From assembly GCA_002245135.1 (NCBI GenBank), contig NGBS01001182.1:1-64000 (forward strand): a stretch of DNA of 64,000 nucleotides, written 5' to 3'. The notes beneath the pieces were generated by a model. That model was given only the letters and a program-made list of their open reading frames with translations, did no database searches and was not told where the DNA came from. Position numbers and translations under genes: made by a program. The first letter of the stretch is position 1. The number at the start of each line of letters is the position of its first letter. Positions 13,901 through 26,425 of the stretch are shown here, piece after piece. Source of the DNA: Proteromonas lacertae (Eukaryota).

Positions 13901-16455
13901 AAAAATCCCATTTCTTAGTATTATGCAAATTCTTAGATCATGTTCCTAAAGAAACAGATTTTCATATCGAAGGTTATCAGAAAGTAGATTGTGATGGAAA
14001 TGTATTTAATGTGTCAACTACTGTAAAAGCAAATTCTGTATTTGCTTGTGAACTGATGCAAAAAGAGAATAGAAAACAATATGATATGAAATACAAATCT
14101 GTTCCAACATTATTAAAAGAATATAAAGTAAAGAGAGAAGAAGACTTTTCCAAATTCAAAGCTGAAGGTATGTTAGGTTACACTTGGCCAGATTGCGATT
14201 TAGAAGTTCATAATTATGAATTATTCTGTGGAATATTCGACAATATTCCCGAAACAAATGAAATTCGAAAAGAAGAATATAAACAAGCCATTACTTGCAA
14301 TGGAAATAAGATAAATTTTGAATCTAAAGGTGTTGAAGATCATTATTTGACTTGTTTAATATATCGTAAAACAGATGAGATGGTAATTGATAAAATCAGT
14401 TCAGGAACGCCTAGTTTAAATATTGAGAATTGGTCAATGAAGATAGGAAAAGACTTAAGTAAATATGAATTGCGAGGAGATAATCGATTAGAATGGAAAA
14501 CATGTAATATGAACAATGAAGTAATGGACTTTAGAATAACTTGTGGATTCTATAAAGATGTTCCAAGTCCATCTGATTTGCGAAATAGTTGGGAAATGGA
14601 TATGGAATTAGAATGTGGTGGTTGGCCTTGGCAAGTGATGTGGACAAAAGATGCTTCTTACAAATACTGGGGATGTATGACCTATGATGGAAAAGATAAA
14701 GCTGTAGCTGATTTAAAATATGTTGAAGTACCTAGTTTGATAATGCCAAATGCTGATTCAATTGTAGAGAAAGATAATAAATGGTATGTGAAAGATAAAT
14801 TGCAATTGAAATGGACTAAATGTGAAGCAGAACATGATGAATATGGTTATGTATGTGAATTCTTCAAGAGTATTCCAACATATGAAGAATTAATAGAAAA
14901 GAAAGATAAGATCGGTAATATAAACTGTGTTGAAAACTCAATTGAAGATACATCTGATAATTTAAGTGAAGGATATTTAGTATGTGGAATATTGAGAAGA
15001 TCAACCAATGATGTAATATCAATGGAATATATAAGTAAGAAAAGTATTGATATTCAAGAAATATCCATGTATAAAGATGATAATAAGATCTATGCAAATG
15101 GTGATATAAGATTGAATTGGGCTAAATGTGAAAATGAAAAGAGTGATTATGAATTGATTGTAAACTTTTTTGATCATTCTCCCTCTGTAGATGAAGACTG
15201 GTCAGGTAAAAGTATTGAAATAAGCTGTGGTAAAACCAAAGTTGATCATGAATATACCTCTGATTTAAAGAAGATTCACTTTGTAGTAAAATTGGTAAAG
15301 AAAGATAGTAAGATAGTATATGATGTAGAATCAATAAAACTACCATCATTTGATATTGGTAGTTTAGATTTCTCATTTACCAATCAGTATTATAATCACA
15401 GAATAATCTCTGGTTTTATTCCAATCGATTTCCCTAATTGTGAACGAAATCATAATCAGTACAGTATAATCTGTGATTTCTCTACAACCATACCAACTTA
15501 TGAATCATTAATGAATGGATTTAAGAATAAGATTGTATGTGATGCTTGGGAATTAGAAGGATTAACATCCGTTGGAACAGATGATAGTGTATTTGGTTGT
15601 ATGATGATTGAAAATGAGAGTAAAAAGATGGTTGGATTAGAATATGTCGAACTAGCAGGATTAATAATGGATGAGATAAAAATTAAGCATGCTGATAATA
15701 ACAAAATCACAGTGAATGGTTTATTAAAATACAAATTAGGAAAAGATGCCAAGGCTGAAGATTTCCATTATGAATGTAAATTATCAAATGAACTTCCAAC
15801 TCCATCATTATTCGATTATGAAAAGAGTGAGGTAATAAATGTAGAAGGAAATGAAGTAAACTTCTTTGAAGAATCTAATGAATTCTTTGGTTGTATTTTA
15901 TATCGAGTAAATGACAAAGGAATAATCGATTTACAATATAAAGAATTACCTGAATTCAATGTAGAACATTTACATTTAGAACCGAATAGAAATAGCCATG
16001 TATGGATTCCAGAAGGTGATATAACATATAAATGGTTTAGTTGCGGAATTAATAAAGATAAATTCGAATTAGCTTGTGAATACAGTGATAATGAACCAAG
16101 TTCCGTGAATTTGGACAAAGCTAGTAAATTTGATATTGTTTGTAGTGGAACAAATCTTACTTCCTTTACTACTGATCTAAATAATGAAGTTTACTTGGGT
16201 TGTTCTTTAGTGTCAAAAGATGATAAAGAAGTTTATGATTTCCACTTCATCAAAGGAAAAGAAAGTCATGATAGTGATTCTTCAAAAGTATGGATGATTG
16301 TTGTTACTTCTGCTTCTTGTGTCATTGCATTCCTTATTATTTTTACATTGGTTTGTTTCTTTGTCAGAAGTATGAATCTTAGAAGAAGAAAGAATTTGGA
16401 TGAAAAGTCTGACATTGCTGCTGAGAAATCATTACTAGCTAATGAGCAAGCTTAA
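7972..16455 (+). CDS. Giant type I membrane/surface protein (~2,776 aa) with ~26 tandem ~104-aa Cys-containing domains
   Basis: Exons 7972-7977, 8011-8072, 8100-9968, 10000-11868, 11900-13768 and 13800-16455 splice in frame; signal peptide MSRFIILAVILAFASIAVAQ; C-terminal TM (VWMIVV...LVCFFV) then basic RRRK. Confidence 0.85.
8100..15634 (+). repeat. Tandem array of four 1,900-bp units (1,869-nt exon + 31-nt intron), arrangement A-A-B-B
   Basis: Unit ATGs at 8101, 10001, 11901, 13801; near-identical over the 3' ~1.26 kb; the first 609 nt differ between units 1/2 and 3/4. Confidence 0.97.
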
Positions 16456-16568
16456 GATAAAAGTATCACTTGGTTTATCAATATGTGTTTTTATTTTAAA
16501 AAGACATTTATTCGTTTCATATAAAATAATTTACTTATTCTTAACCTTCTCGCCTTTTTTTGCACGAA

Positions 16569-17643
16569 ATGATAAATAATCGAGTACAACCAGATTATGG
16601 ATTGAATGATACTTCTATAAATATAGCAAGATATATAAATTGTAAATTTGTTTATAATTATACCTTAGATAACAATGAGGAAATAAGCATGATCTATAAT
16701 TATTTTTATAAGAACGCTATACCCGATGAAAAGTATTAAATTCTTGTTCTGTAATTAAACAGTGGTGAATTGGTTATGCCTACATGCAACATTATATTGG
16801 ATAGTAGATTCAGCAAATTTGAGATCACATATAATATATTTGAACCATTAAGTATTGATTAACAAATATTACATTGAAATAGATGTTATAGAATGGAATG
16901 ATTTCTTTCAGATATGGAATATTCTCTGCTTTTTCCCTAATAAGTATTGCTTAATGTGTATACATGTAAAAATATATAAAAATATTAGTTTTAATCTCAA
17001 CTTTAAAGATTTCTCCCTTCTCAATGATATCAGTCGTATATAATTATATAGAATATATACTGGCTAGGATGATTTACTGAGATTTATATCAAAAGCAACA
17101 AATTACAATGATGAAAGTATAAGGCAAGCTTTTAAAGAATTTGAAGTGTATAATAAATGATTATCAAATGCATATAGATCTGCAGATACTTCCTGTAATA
17201 TGAATGTTGTTATTAGATTGTTTAAGAAAGAGAAAAAGCTTCATAATCCGTTGAAAATTCTAAGGAAACAATTTAGAAGTACTATATTCAATAATTTTAT
17301 GGTAAATCAAATAAAACAAAGAAGTAAGGTTATTAGAAGTGGTTGTAATACGATAAACCATTCTAAAGAATCAATTTTTCATAGATTGCAGGGATTATTG
17401 TACAAAGCTCCACCATTATATAAGTTTGATTATACTATATATCCTGATAATGATTGTTACGATAATGAATCAGTTCACAGCTTTCTATATTATTTCACTG
17501 ATTTGACTATAAGTAGGTTTTATATATACAAGCCTAGAATAAGAAGCTCAAGAAAATGCGATAGACAATCGAGAAAGCCTACTTTCCCTATAGTTAACAC
17601 TCACAAAACATCTCCACCTTCTGAAAATAAAGCATCACCTTAA
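16569..17643 (+). CDS. Hypothetical multi-exon protein (possibly degenerate EF-hand)
   Basis: Series of short exons and GT-AG introns ending in ORF 17200-17643. Confidence 0.45.
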
Positions 17644-19071
17644 AGTGTGTTTTGAGTTACTCTTTACAATTAATATAATAGTATATTTTAATTTAGCCTA
17701 CTAAATGAATTATATGAATAAATTCAAAATAGATTTTAAAAATATGATTTTTATTTGATTATTATAAAGTTGTATGTTTAGTGATTTACATTTTCACATT
17801 TTATTCTTATTATAGCTGATTATATATTAAATAAAATTATTGAATAAGAATATACTGTGAAAATGCAGATAGAAAAGTAAAAAATTAAATCACCGAGTTT
17901 ATCAACGATTTGATACAAGGAAAAACTCACCAATACAACATTATTCAAAGCCTTAAATTATCTTCCCACAACACATGTTCAAAATTTAAATAATGAATTA
18001 ATATTTCAACAACAATTCTGGGAAGATAATCCCAAAACTATTTTAGTAACAAATTTAGAAGATATACTTTAATACTTTCCAGAAATACCATCTTATGTAA
18101 ATGCCGATAAAGATGAAAATTTATTATTTATATGGAGGTGTAACTTATTCAAATATAGAAGTAGAATATTTTATGAAGAATGTACATGCTATAATAGTTA
18201 CTCTATTAGCTTGGTGGATAGGATGGATTGGTTTTATAGGTGTATTAGTTACTTCAGCAGGTTCTATTTTTGGTTTATTAGATGCTGCAGGTTTATTTAA
18301 GTTTTTAAACGGTTTGTCACCTAATCAAATTTAATACCTAATCAAATACTATTTCAATTAATAAAGTTTTACACTTTGATACAATTATATATCAATACAG
18401 AGATCCTGTTTACCACTATAAAATAAAATTATATCCTTCTAAAGTTAAAATAAAATTTGGTTCCAAATCAATTATTCCTATTAATGATTTCATTAATAAG
18501 AATTTATCTGTTTTTGGTAATACTGATAATTGAGATTTATATTATATTTTGTTCTTATAATTTTTAATTTTACCATCTTTGCAGTTGTAGGACTATCTCT
18601 TCTTAACATTTCTTCTAAATCTATTAATGCATTTACTTCTTCGTTATTAATTTGAATTACTTCACTTTCAACTTCTTGAGTTATCAGATCACTTAAAGAT
18701 TTATTTACCATGAGATTTCATTTCAGTGTCTTCTATATATTATATTAAAGTTAAAAATAATACCTGAATTACTCATAACAAGGTGAATATAATATACAAA
18801 AGGTTTGGACCATGCCATTAAGAAATAGTAAGCTTTCTAATTACTTTTAAAAACAAAATAAATCATTAAATGATGATTTATTGTGAGGGGTAAAATTATA
18901 ATTACATTTATATAAAAAATCCTATTAAAAATTTCTTTTCCATATACACCATACAAAATTAAATGAAGTTAATTATTATGATTTTATATTATTTAGTTTG
19001 CTAATATATACACCAAACAAACAAATATAACCATTTAAAAAATAACATCATTATATATATTTATAATTAAC

Positions 19072-22000
19072 TTATTCAGATATGCCAAATGCTTCTTTTA
19101 TAATCTGTCTGTTTGGATTACTGAAATCTTTTTCATAATGATATGCTTTTTGACAAATTTCATTAATTTGATCATATTTTGATGCAAAGATGTTATATAA
19201 CTTCTCTTTAATAATCTCAATCAACCCACTCTCTTCTGATATTTGACTATTCACTCTACTCAACAATTTATCAACACTTTTATATAAATTCCTTTCACTA
19301 ATTGTGACATTCTACAAAATATTAATTATGTATATCATTATACTTTTATAAATTTTGCTTTCTGTATGTGATATTGTAATTCATCATATCCTTTTGTATG
19401 AATATGTAACAAAGCTTCACTTAAAGTAGATAATTGATTTTCAAATTGATCATTTAATAAAGTATCACAATATTCATTTAGTGATTTCTCAAACATAGTT
19501 TCAGCTTGATTTATATGATCTTTTAATAATTCATATTTCCTTACACTCATAGAAGCGAAAAAGAAATAATAATTCTCAAGCCTAAAGATTTGAGAATATT
19601 TAGGATTAGTATGACATAACATTTCAAGATGTGTGAATAGTTTTAATATTACTGTAGCGTATACATCTTCTAAGATTGTTGTATTGTGATTGGATGCGAC
19701 ATTGGCAGCACATTGAATATAGTAAAAAATAATAATTAAAGAAAATATTATTATTATATATATTTAAAAAAAGGGATATATCACAAAATATTGGCATTTT
19801 TCTAAGTGATATTAATATATGGCATTTACTAATATCTGGTTTTTGACTATCCATCCAATTACTCTAATAAATAAATAGAAATAGAAATAGAAATAGAAAT
19901 AGAAATAGAAATAGAAATAGAAATAGAAATAGAAAATAGAAATAGAAATAGAAATAGAAATAGAAATAGAAATAGAAATAGAAATAGAAATAGAAATAGA
20001 AATAGAAATAGAAATAGAAATAGAAATAGAAATAGAAATAGAAATAGAAATAGAAATAGAAAAAATAGAAATAGAAATAGAAATAGAAATAGAAATAGAA
20101 ATAGAAATAGAAATAGAAATAGAAATAGAAATAGAAAAATAGAAAAATATAATATAAATACAACTGAAGTAATATGCGATTTAATATCTTGACTCAATTT
20201 CAACTGTAATGACTCCATAATTGTCTGAATAAACTTATTATCTTTAGTTTTCTCTAATGTTGACAATATAATCTGAGACATTGAAATCATCTGATAAAAT
20301 GAACGATTATCATTATTTACTACTTTCATCAATTCAGGGAATAATCCATTGAATATTTGACTTAGAATTAATTGAACTGTTTTATTATTAACTACATCTT
20401 GAGGATTTAATCGAACATTTTGAATATTTCTTTTGGCTTTGATATTCTTATAATCTGATTTCTGTTTTAAATTTTCGAGAGTTTCGTCAACTCCACCACC
20501 ACCACAAAAGAAGTGGATCGAAAATGTTCGAACACCATTTACCAACGGAACTATAAAATCAGTTGATTTTCGAAATGCGGCAGCTACACTAATTTTTCCA
20601 CTATCTCCTTTGTAATATAAATAATATTGTTCTTCTATCATTCTCATTTCATCTTCTTGTCTTCCTAAGTTGCTATTTGCTAAATCTATTAATCTTCCTT
20701 GGCCTTCTTCATTTATACTTACTATATTCCTTTTGGTTGAACTGAAGAACTCTTTTAATGTTTTTGTCATCAAATTGGTCATCTTTTCACAGTAGATTGA
20801 TTGTAATTGTGTAAAGATTTTCATATCTTTCTTTTGAATTATCCATAACAATGGAGCTAATAATATCATTTGATTATGAACACTTTGAGGCGTACAGTTA
20901 TCTTTTGAAAATTCATTATTCAAAGTCTTCAACAAAAAATCTGCCAATTTTGCAAAAAATGATTTGATTGTTTCATCTAACTTCAACTGTTGTTCTTTAA
21001 TTGCTTTCATGTGTTTAAATGATACTCCATTGTAATCTTCATCACCTAAGCTCTTTAACATTAATAAACCATTGGCACAATGAACTACTTTTTCAATTGC
21101 ACCTTCTGATTGTTTTACTGATTCTTGATCACTAATTCGAGTTCTTTCAGCCTTTTCAACACCTACTGTCATAGCTGTTTCACCATATTTTTTGGCTTCT
21201 TTTATTACATCTAATAATACATCATCGACTGTGTTTAATACATTTACGATATCTTCATCTAAATCTAATCTTTTTACAAAATTCTATAAATAATAAATAA
21301 ATAAATAATAATAATAATAATATATACATTCAATTCTTCACACAACTTCCTTTGATTTTCAATCTGATATTGAATGGCATAATTCTGGCTTGAGATGATA
21401 TTCAAGCCTTGTTTCATTTTAATGTAATGTTCAGATTTAGAGTCTAACCATTGATACATTGCATCTAATTGCTTATCTAATTTATCTAACTGTTTAGTAA
21501 TATCTGTAACTGGACCATCTCGATCTTGCTCCCAATCTACCAGTTTGTTGTATATCATATCTTCATCAGTCTTCACTATTGCATCTAATTGCTTACGTGT
21601 TGATTGTGTAGATAAACCTCTGAATTCTTCAGAATTGAAATACAACTCCAAGTTCATCATTTCACTCTCTGAGGTTAGCATTGACTGAGAAATGTATAAT
21701 TTCTGCATTTCATCATCTTCTTCTTGAGATTGCAAAATTGACAGTCCATTCTGCCCTTCTGAGACTAATAATGGACATTTCTGTGCAAATCCACCTACTC
21801 TTGCTAATACGTTGATTGCACCAATATCAAAACCTGATGTATCGAATGGTGTTAAATATTTTTGAGCTAATTGGTATAATGTCCATACAAACATATTTCT
21901 GAGTTTTTCATTACCTGTTTTGTACATTTCTGGTTTGCCATTAACGAATATTGTGAACATGTCGTCTTTTCCTTGTATATTTTCTATTTTTGATACCATC

Positions 22001-22351
22001 TTCAAGTCTATATGTTTATTATCACTATAATTGAATATTCCTCTTGAAATTGTGACTTTAACGTAATGAAACCATATTTGGTTTTGTATTGTTGGTGAAT
22101 ATGTTCCCATTAATATTTTGACACCTTTATTTTTACCATTTTCTATTTCTTCTACAGGTAACTCAAAGATAACAACTCTCTTTTGTGTAGGATATAATCC
22201 TAAGTTTAATTGATGTCTTATCTTATCACTTTCACACATAGGTGTTAAAACATCAAGAGTTGGTACATTACTATAACCAATTAAAAGAATGATGTTTATA
22301 CCTGATGATTTCAACACCTCTAGGTTGAACTTTAGGCGTTTTTGTTGCCAT
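19072..22351 (-). CDS. SEC3: Exocyst complex component Sec3/EXOC1-like
   Basis: N-terminal PH-like region, coiled coil with YQIENQRKLCEEL, helical C-terminus with RLENYYFF; GT-AG introns plus one AT-AC intron (19722-19779). Confidence 0.75.
19875..20146. repeat. (ATAGAA)n microsatellite, ~43 copies, inside a Sec3 intron (19864-20161)
   Basis: Directly visible hexamer tract. Confidence 0.98.
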
Positions 22352-22460
22352 ATTGAGATTCTAAAACTCTTATTGATTATAAATGAAGTGAAGATCTAAA
22401 AAAACAAAAGATTTTAAAAAATTTATCTCAAACTTGTTTGATTTTTATTTTTTCACATTA

Positions 22461-24406
22461 ATGTCTGTATTCTTATTCATTTTATTGTTTTTCTTTATAG
22501 GAAGCAGAGAAAAGAAAAAGGGATGAACAGGAAGATGAATCATCCGATGATGAAGTTGGTCCAATGCCAATATCAAAGGATCTTACAACAGAAGCACCTA
22601 AAAGAAAGAAACATAAGGGTATTTTACATAATATATAATTTTATAATATTAATAGTATTGAAAGGTGCAAAAGTATTACTTGATGCTTTACCAAGCGCAG
22701 ATATGTATGAAAAGAGTTATATGCATCGTGATTACATAATGCACACACTAATCACACCATGTACTGACTTTTTAATAACAGCCAGTAAAGATGGTGATAT
22801 TAAATTTTGGAAAAAGATGTTAGAAGGAATAGAATTCGTCAAACATTATCACGCGCATATGCAAGCAATCACAGGAATAGCGTGTACACCAGACGGTCAA
22901 AAGATTTGCAGTATTTCTGAAGATAAATCAATCAAAATATATGACGTTTTAACATTCGATATGATCAATATGTTTAAAATAAATTTCACTCCTTATGCCG
23001 TATGTTGGGTACCAACATCAACACAATTATTATTGGCAATCTCTGATAAAGATAATGGAAAAATTAGTTTATTTAAATATGAAGAAAAAAATAAAGTAGT
23101 TAAAGAGGTGAATAATCATTGTTCTCCTGTTAGTTTAATGTGTTATAATGCCTATGCTAAATGTATAATATCTTGTGATATAGAAGGAGTTATAGAATAC
23201 TGGTCAGTAGATAATAATAATGAATTACCATTCAAATATATCAGTTTTAAATATAAAAGTGAAACGGATTTATTTTCATTAATGATTTCAAAATCTCAAG
23301 CTACTAGTTTATCTTGTAGTCACAATGGAAAACTATTTGCAATAACTGATAAAGATGGACAAATCCGAATATTTAAATTTAAAACAGGTAAAATATATCG
23401 ACAATACGATGAAAGTTTGAAAAAAATAGAAGAAGATCAATTAAGTGGCAAATTAAAATTAGATGATATAGATTTTGGTAGAAGACAATCTTTAGAAAAA
23501 GATTATTTAAAATCAGAAGTATCAGCTGCTAGTAATGTCGTATTTGATGAAAGTGATAATATAATAATATATCCAACTTTAATGGGTATAAAGATAGTAA
23601 ATATACTGGAAAATAAAGTGATGAAAGTATTAGGAAAAGTAGAAAATGAAAGGTTTTGTTCTATTTCTTTATTTCAAGGAATTGCGAAGGTGAATACTCA
23701 GATTAAAGGTGAAAAAATTGATGATTCAAATAATCATAAAATTCCAGAACCAGATCCAACTCTCTTTTGTTGTTCTTTTAAAAAGAAAAGATTTTATTAT
23801 TTTACTAAAAGAGAGCCTGAAGAAATCAATGAAAATGAAACTGTAGAAGAGAATGAAGGAAGAGATGTGTTTAATGAAAAACCAACTGAAGATGAATTGC
23901 AATATATAGCCATGAATTCAAAAGAAGCAGTGAAATATGGAAATAAAGCCGTTATACATACAACCTATGGTGATATTGAGATAGAATTATACCCCCGAAA
24001 AACCCCCAAAACAAACGAAAATTTTTGTGGCTTGGCTCGAAAAGGATATTATGATAAAGTGATTTTTCATAGAGTTATTCGTAATTTTATGATTCAAACA
24101 GGTGATCCAAATGGTACAGGTACTGGTGGTGAAAGTTTGTGGGGTGGATACTTTGAAGATGAATTAAGATCAGATTTAACACATGATGCTTTTGGTGTTG
24201 TTTCTATGGCTAATGCAGGTCCAAATACGAATGGGAGTCAGTTTTTTATTACTACTGTCCCTTGTCCACATTTGAATGGCAAGCATACTGTGTTTGGGAA
24301 GTTAATTAAAGGTGATAAAGTAGTGAGAAGAATTGAAGGTGTGAAAACGGATAAAAATGATAAACCGATTGAAGATATTGAGATAATTAATATTGATATC
24401 TATTAA
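22461..24406 (+). CDS. PPWD1: WD40-repeat cyclophilin (peptidyl-prolyl isomerase)
   Basis: LPSADMYEKSYMHRD, GIEFVKHY, DFGRR, FHRVIRNFMIQTGDP, SMANAGPNTNGSQFFIT; first exon ATG TCT|GT. Confidence 0.97.
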
Positions 24407-24540
24407 TAACAGATATATTTGTTTTTTTCTTTTTTTACTATGAAATGACAAAAAGTTTGAATAAAAAGCTTGAAATCAAAAATCGTTATTTTTCTTTTTT
24501 CTATTTTTATTTTAATCTAAATTATATTTAAATTATAAAA

Positions 24541-26276
24541 ATGCCTTTAGATGAAGTAGATGATGATGATGATGATAAGGCCATCTCAAATGAACATATT
24601 TTAGGTATATTTGTGTGATTTATCGTTTAGGCTCCCAATTAATTGATGCATGTAAAAAAGGTAATTTTGATGAATGTGAAAGATGTCTTGGAGAAGGTGC
24701 AAATCCAAGTTATCCAGATGAAAGAAAATGGGATCCTTTATTATGGGCTTCTTATTATGGTTATGCAAAAGTATTAATATTCCTCAATTATTCTAATATA
24801 GATATGTCAATTATTAATAGCAAAAGGTGCAACAACAGCATATGTTAGTAAAGTCCATGGTCTAAAAGCAGATAAAGGATCCGATCCTTACGTATATTCC
24901 ACAGTAAATCGAATTCCAATAAATTCTCCACTCCATTGGGCTGCATTTAATGGTCATCTTGAAACAGTAAATATTCTATTAAAAGAAGGGTATGAAGTAA
25001 GTGATCGAGATTCATGTGGTAATACTGCACTACATTTAGCAGCAACTAATGGTCACATAGATGTAATTGAATCACTATTAGCAATTGGAATGGATGTTGA
25101 GTTAAAAAATAATCATGGAAATACTCCATTAGATTTAGCAACTGATGAAAGAACAAGGAAATTTTTATTAAATTTAATTCCATCGAGAAAGTTGTCTATC
25201 ATGTGAAAAAGAATTCGATTTTAAGAATTGGAAATATTACTGTAGTTTATGTAAAAGTGGATTTTGTGGAGATTGTACAATTCTAGAAGAAAGAGTAAGT
25301 AAAAAAGATAAAGAGTTATTTATATATAAACGATATTGCAGACAATGTCTTTCAGAATTGAAGTTTAGTGAAGAAGAAGTAAGAAGGACATTAGTGCCAG
25401 AAGGTAGAAACTTAGAGGAGAATGATATACCGATTTTAGAGGAAGTAATTAATAAAGCAATTAATAAAGATGCTGATAATGTATTGGTAGATGAGAGTCA
25501 TAAAGCGTATAATAGTTTGTTGGCTTCAGTTGCATTGGAGAAAGTAATAGATAAAGTTAATCAATCAAGGTATACATAATAGTTTTATAATTCTTTCTCA
25601 TTTTTCTTTTTTTAATATTTATTTTTTATATATTCTGTTTAGACCAGTTACTGCATCACCACTAATCCTTCAATTAGAACGAGAAATAAATAACTGTAAA
25701 GTCGTAGGAATTAGTGAAAATCTAATGAAGAAATCAACCAACTTATTAACAGCCTTACAATATGAAAAGAAACTTTGTGGATCTTTAGAAATTTGTAGTG
25801 CAATAAAATGTGGTACAAATAACGATCAAAGTGATATAAACCGATTAGGAAGTCTATTAAATAGTTCAGCCAGTTATCCAGTTCATGTTGAAACATTCCA
25901 GAAATGTCAAAGTCTTTTCAATCGTCTAACTAGTGAAGTTGAATTAGAGAATGCATTGAAAGAACCAACTGTTCAAGAAGGTGAAACTCCAGAATTACCA
26001 ACAACTTATACATTTGAAGATGGAACAACAGTCGAGTCATTATTAGAAAGCTTGAGAAAGAGACATGAGAGATTAGAAAAGGCTGTGAGTGATGGTGAAA
26101 CGAATAAAGTGAATGAAGAATTATTGGCTAAAAGTCAAGAAAGTTTGAAGAAATTGACTGCTGATTTAGAGACTGAAGAAGCTGCTGAAGCTGAAAGACA
26201 AAGAATTGCTGAAGAGAAGAGATTGAGAGCTTTAAGGAGAAAGAAGAGAGGGAAGAAGAAGTCAAAAACTCAATAA
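24541..26276 (+). CDS. Ankyrin-repeat protein with FYVE-like zinc finger and C-terminal coiled coil
   Basis: PLLWASYYG, SPLHWAAFNGH, GNTALHLAATNGH, GNTPLDLA; CxxC pairs at ~25195-25350 (after a frameshift); basic C-terminus. Confidence 0.8.
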
Positions 26277-26425
26277 TTAATATTAATGAAAATGTTTTAA
26301 TGTTTTATTTTTATTCATTTATTATTATCTTAATTTCTAAAATTTAAACCAAAAAACAACAATATAATTTTGATGTAGATATTTTTATATATGAAATTAT
26401 TTTATATATAATTTAATAATAATAA

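Noticed and set aside
8168..16118. Repeated minus-strand ORFs within the array
   Set aside because: Antisense shadows of the repeated coding sequence with no protein-like features.
8101..16455. Four tandem independent genes or an operon-like array
   Set aside because: The ORFs lack their own signal peptides and promoters (4 nt between stop and next ATG), and canonical GT-AG introns join them in frame.
18101..18334. 77-aa hydrophobic ORF as a membrane protein
   Set aside because: The opposite strand looks more coding-like and there is no supporting gene structure.
19875..20146. Telomeric repeat or CRISPR-like array
   Set aside because: Simple intronic hexamer with no spacers and no G-rich telomere-like unit.
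19859..20163. FLFLFL/YFYFYF/ISISIS low-complexity protein segments
   Set aside because: Translations of an intronic (ATAGAA)n microsatellite.
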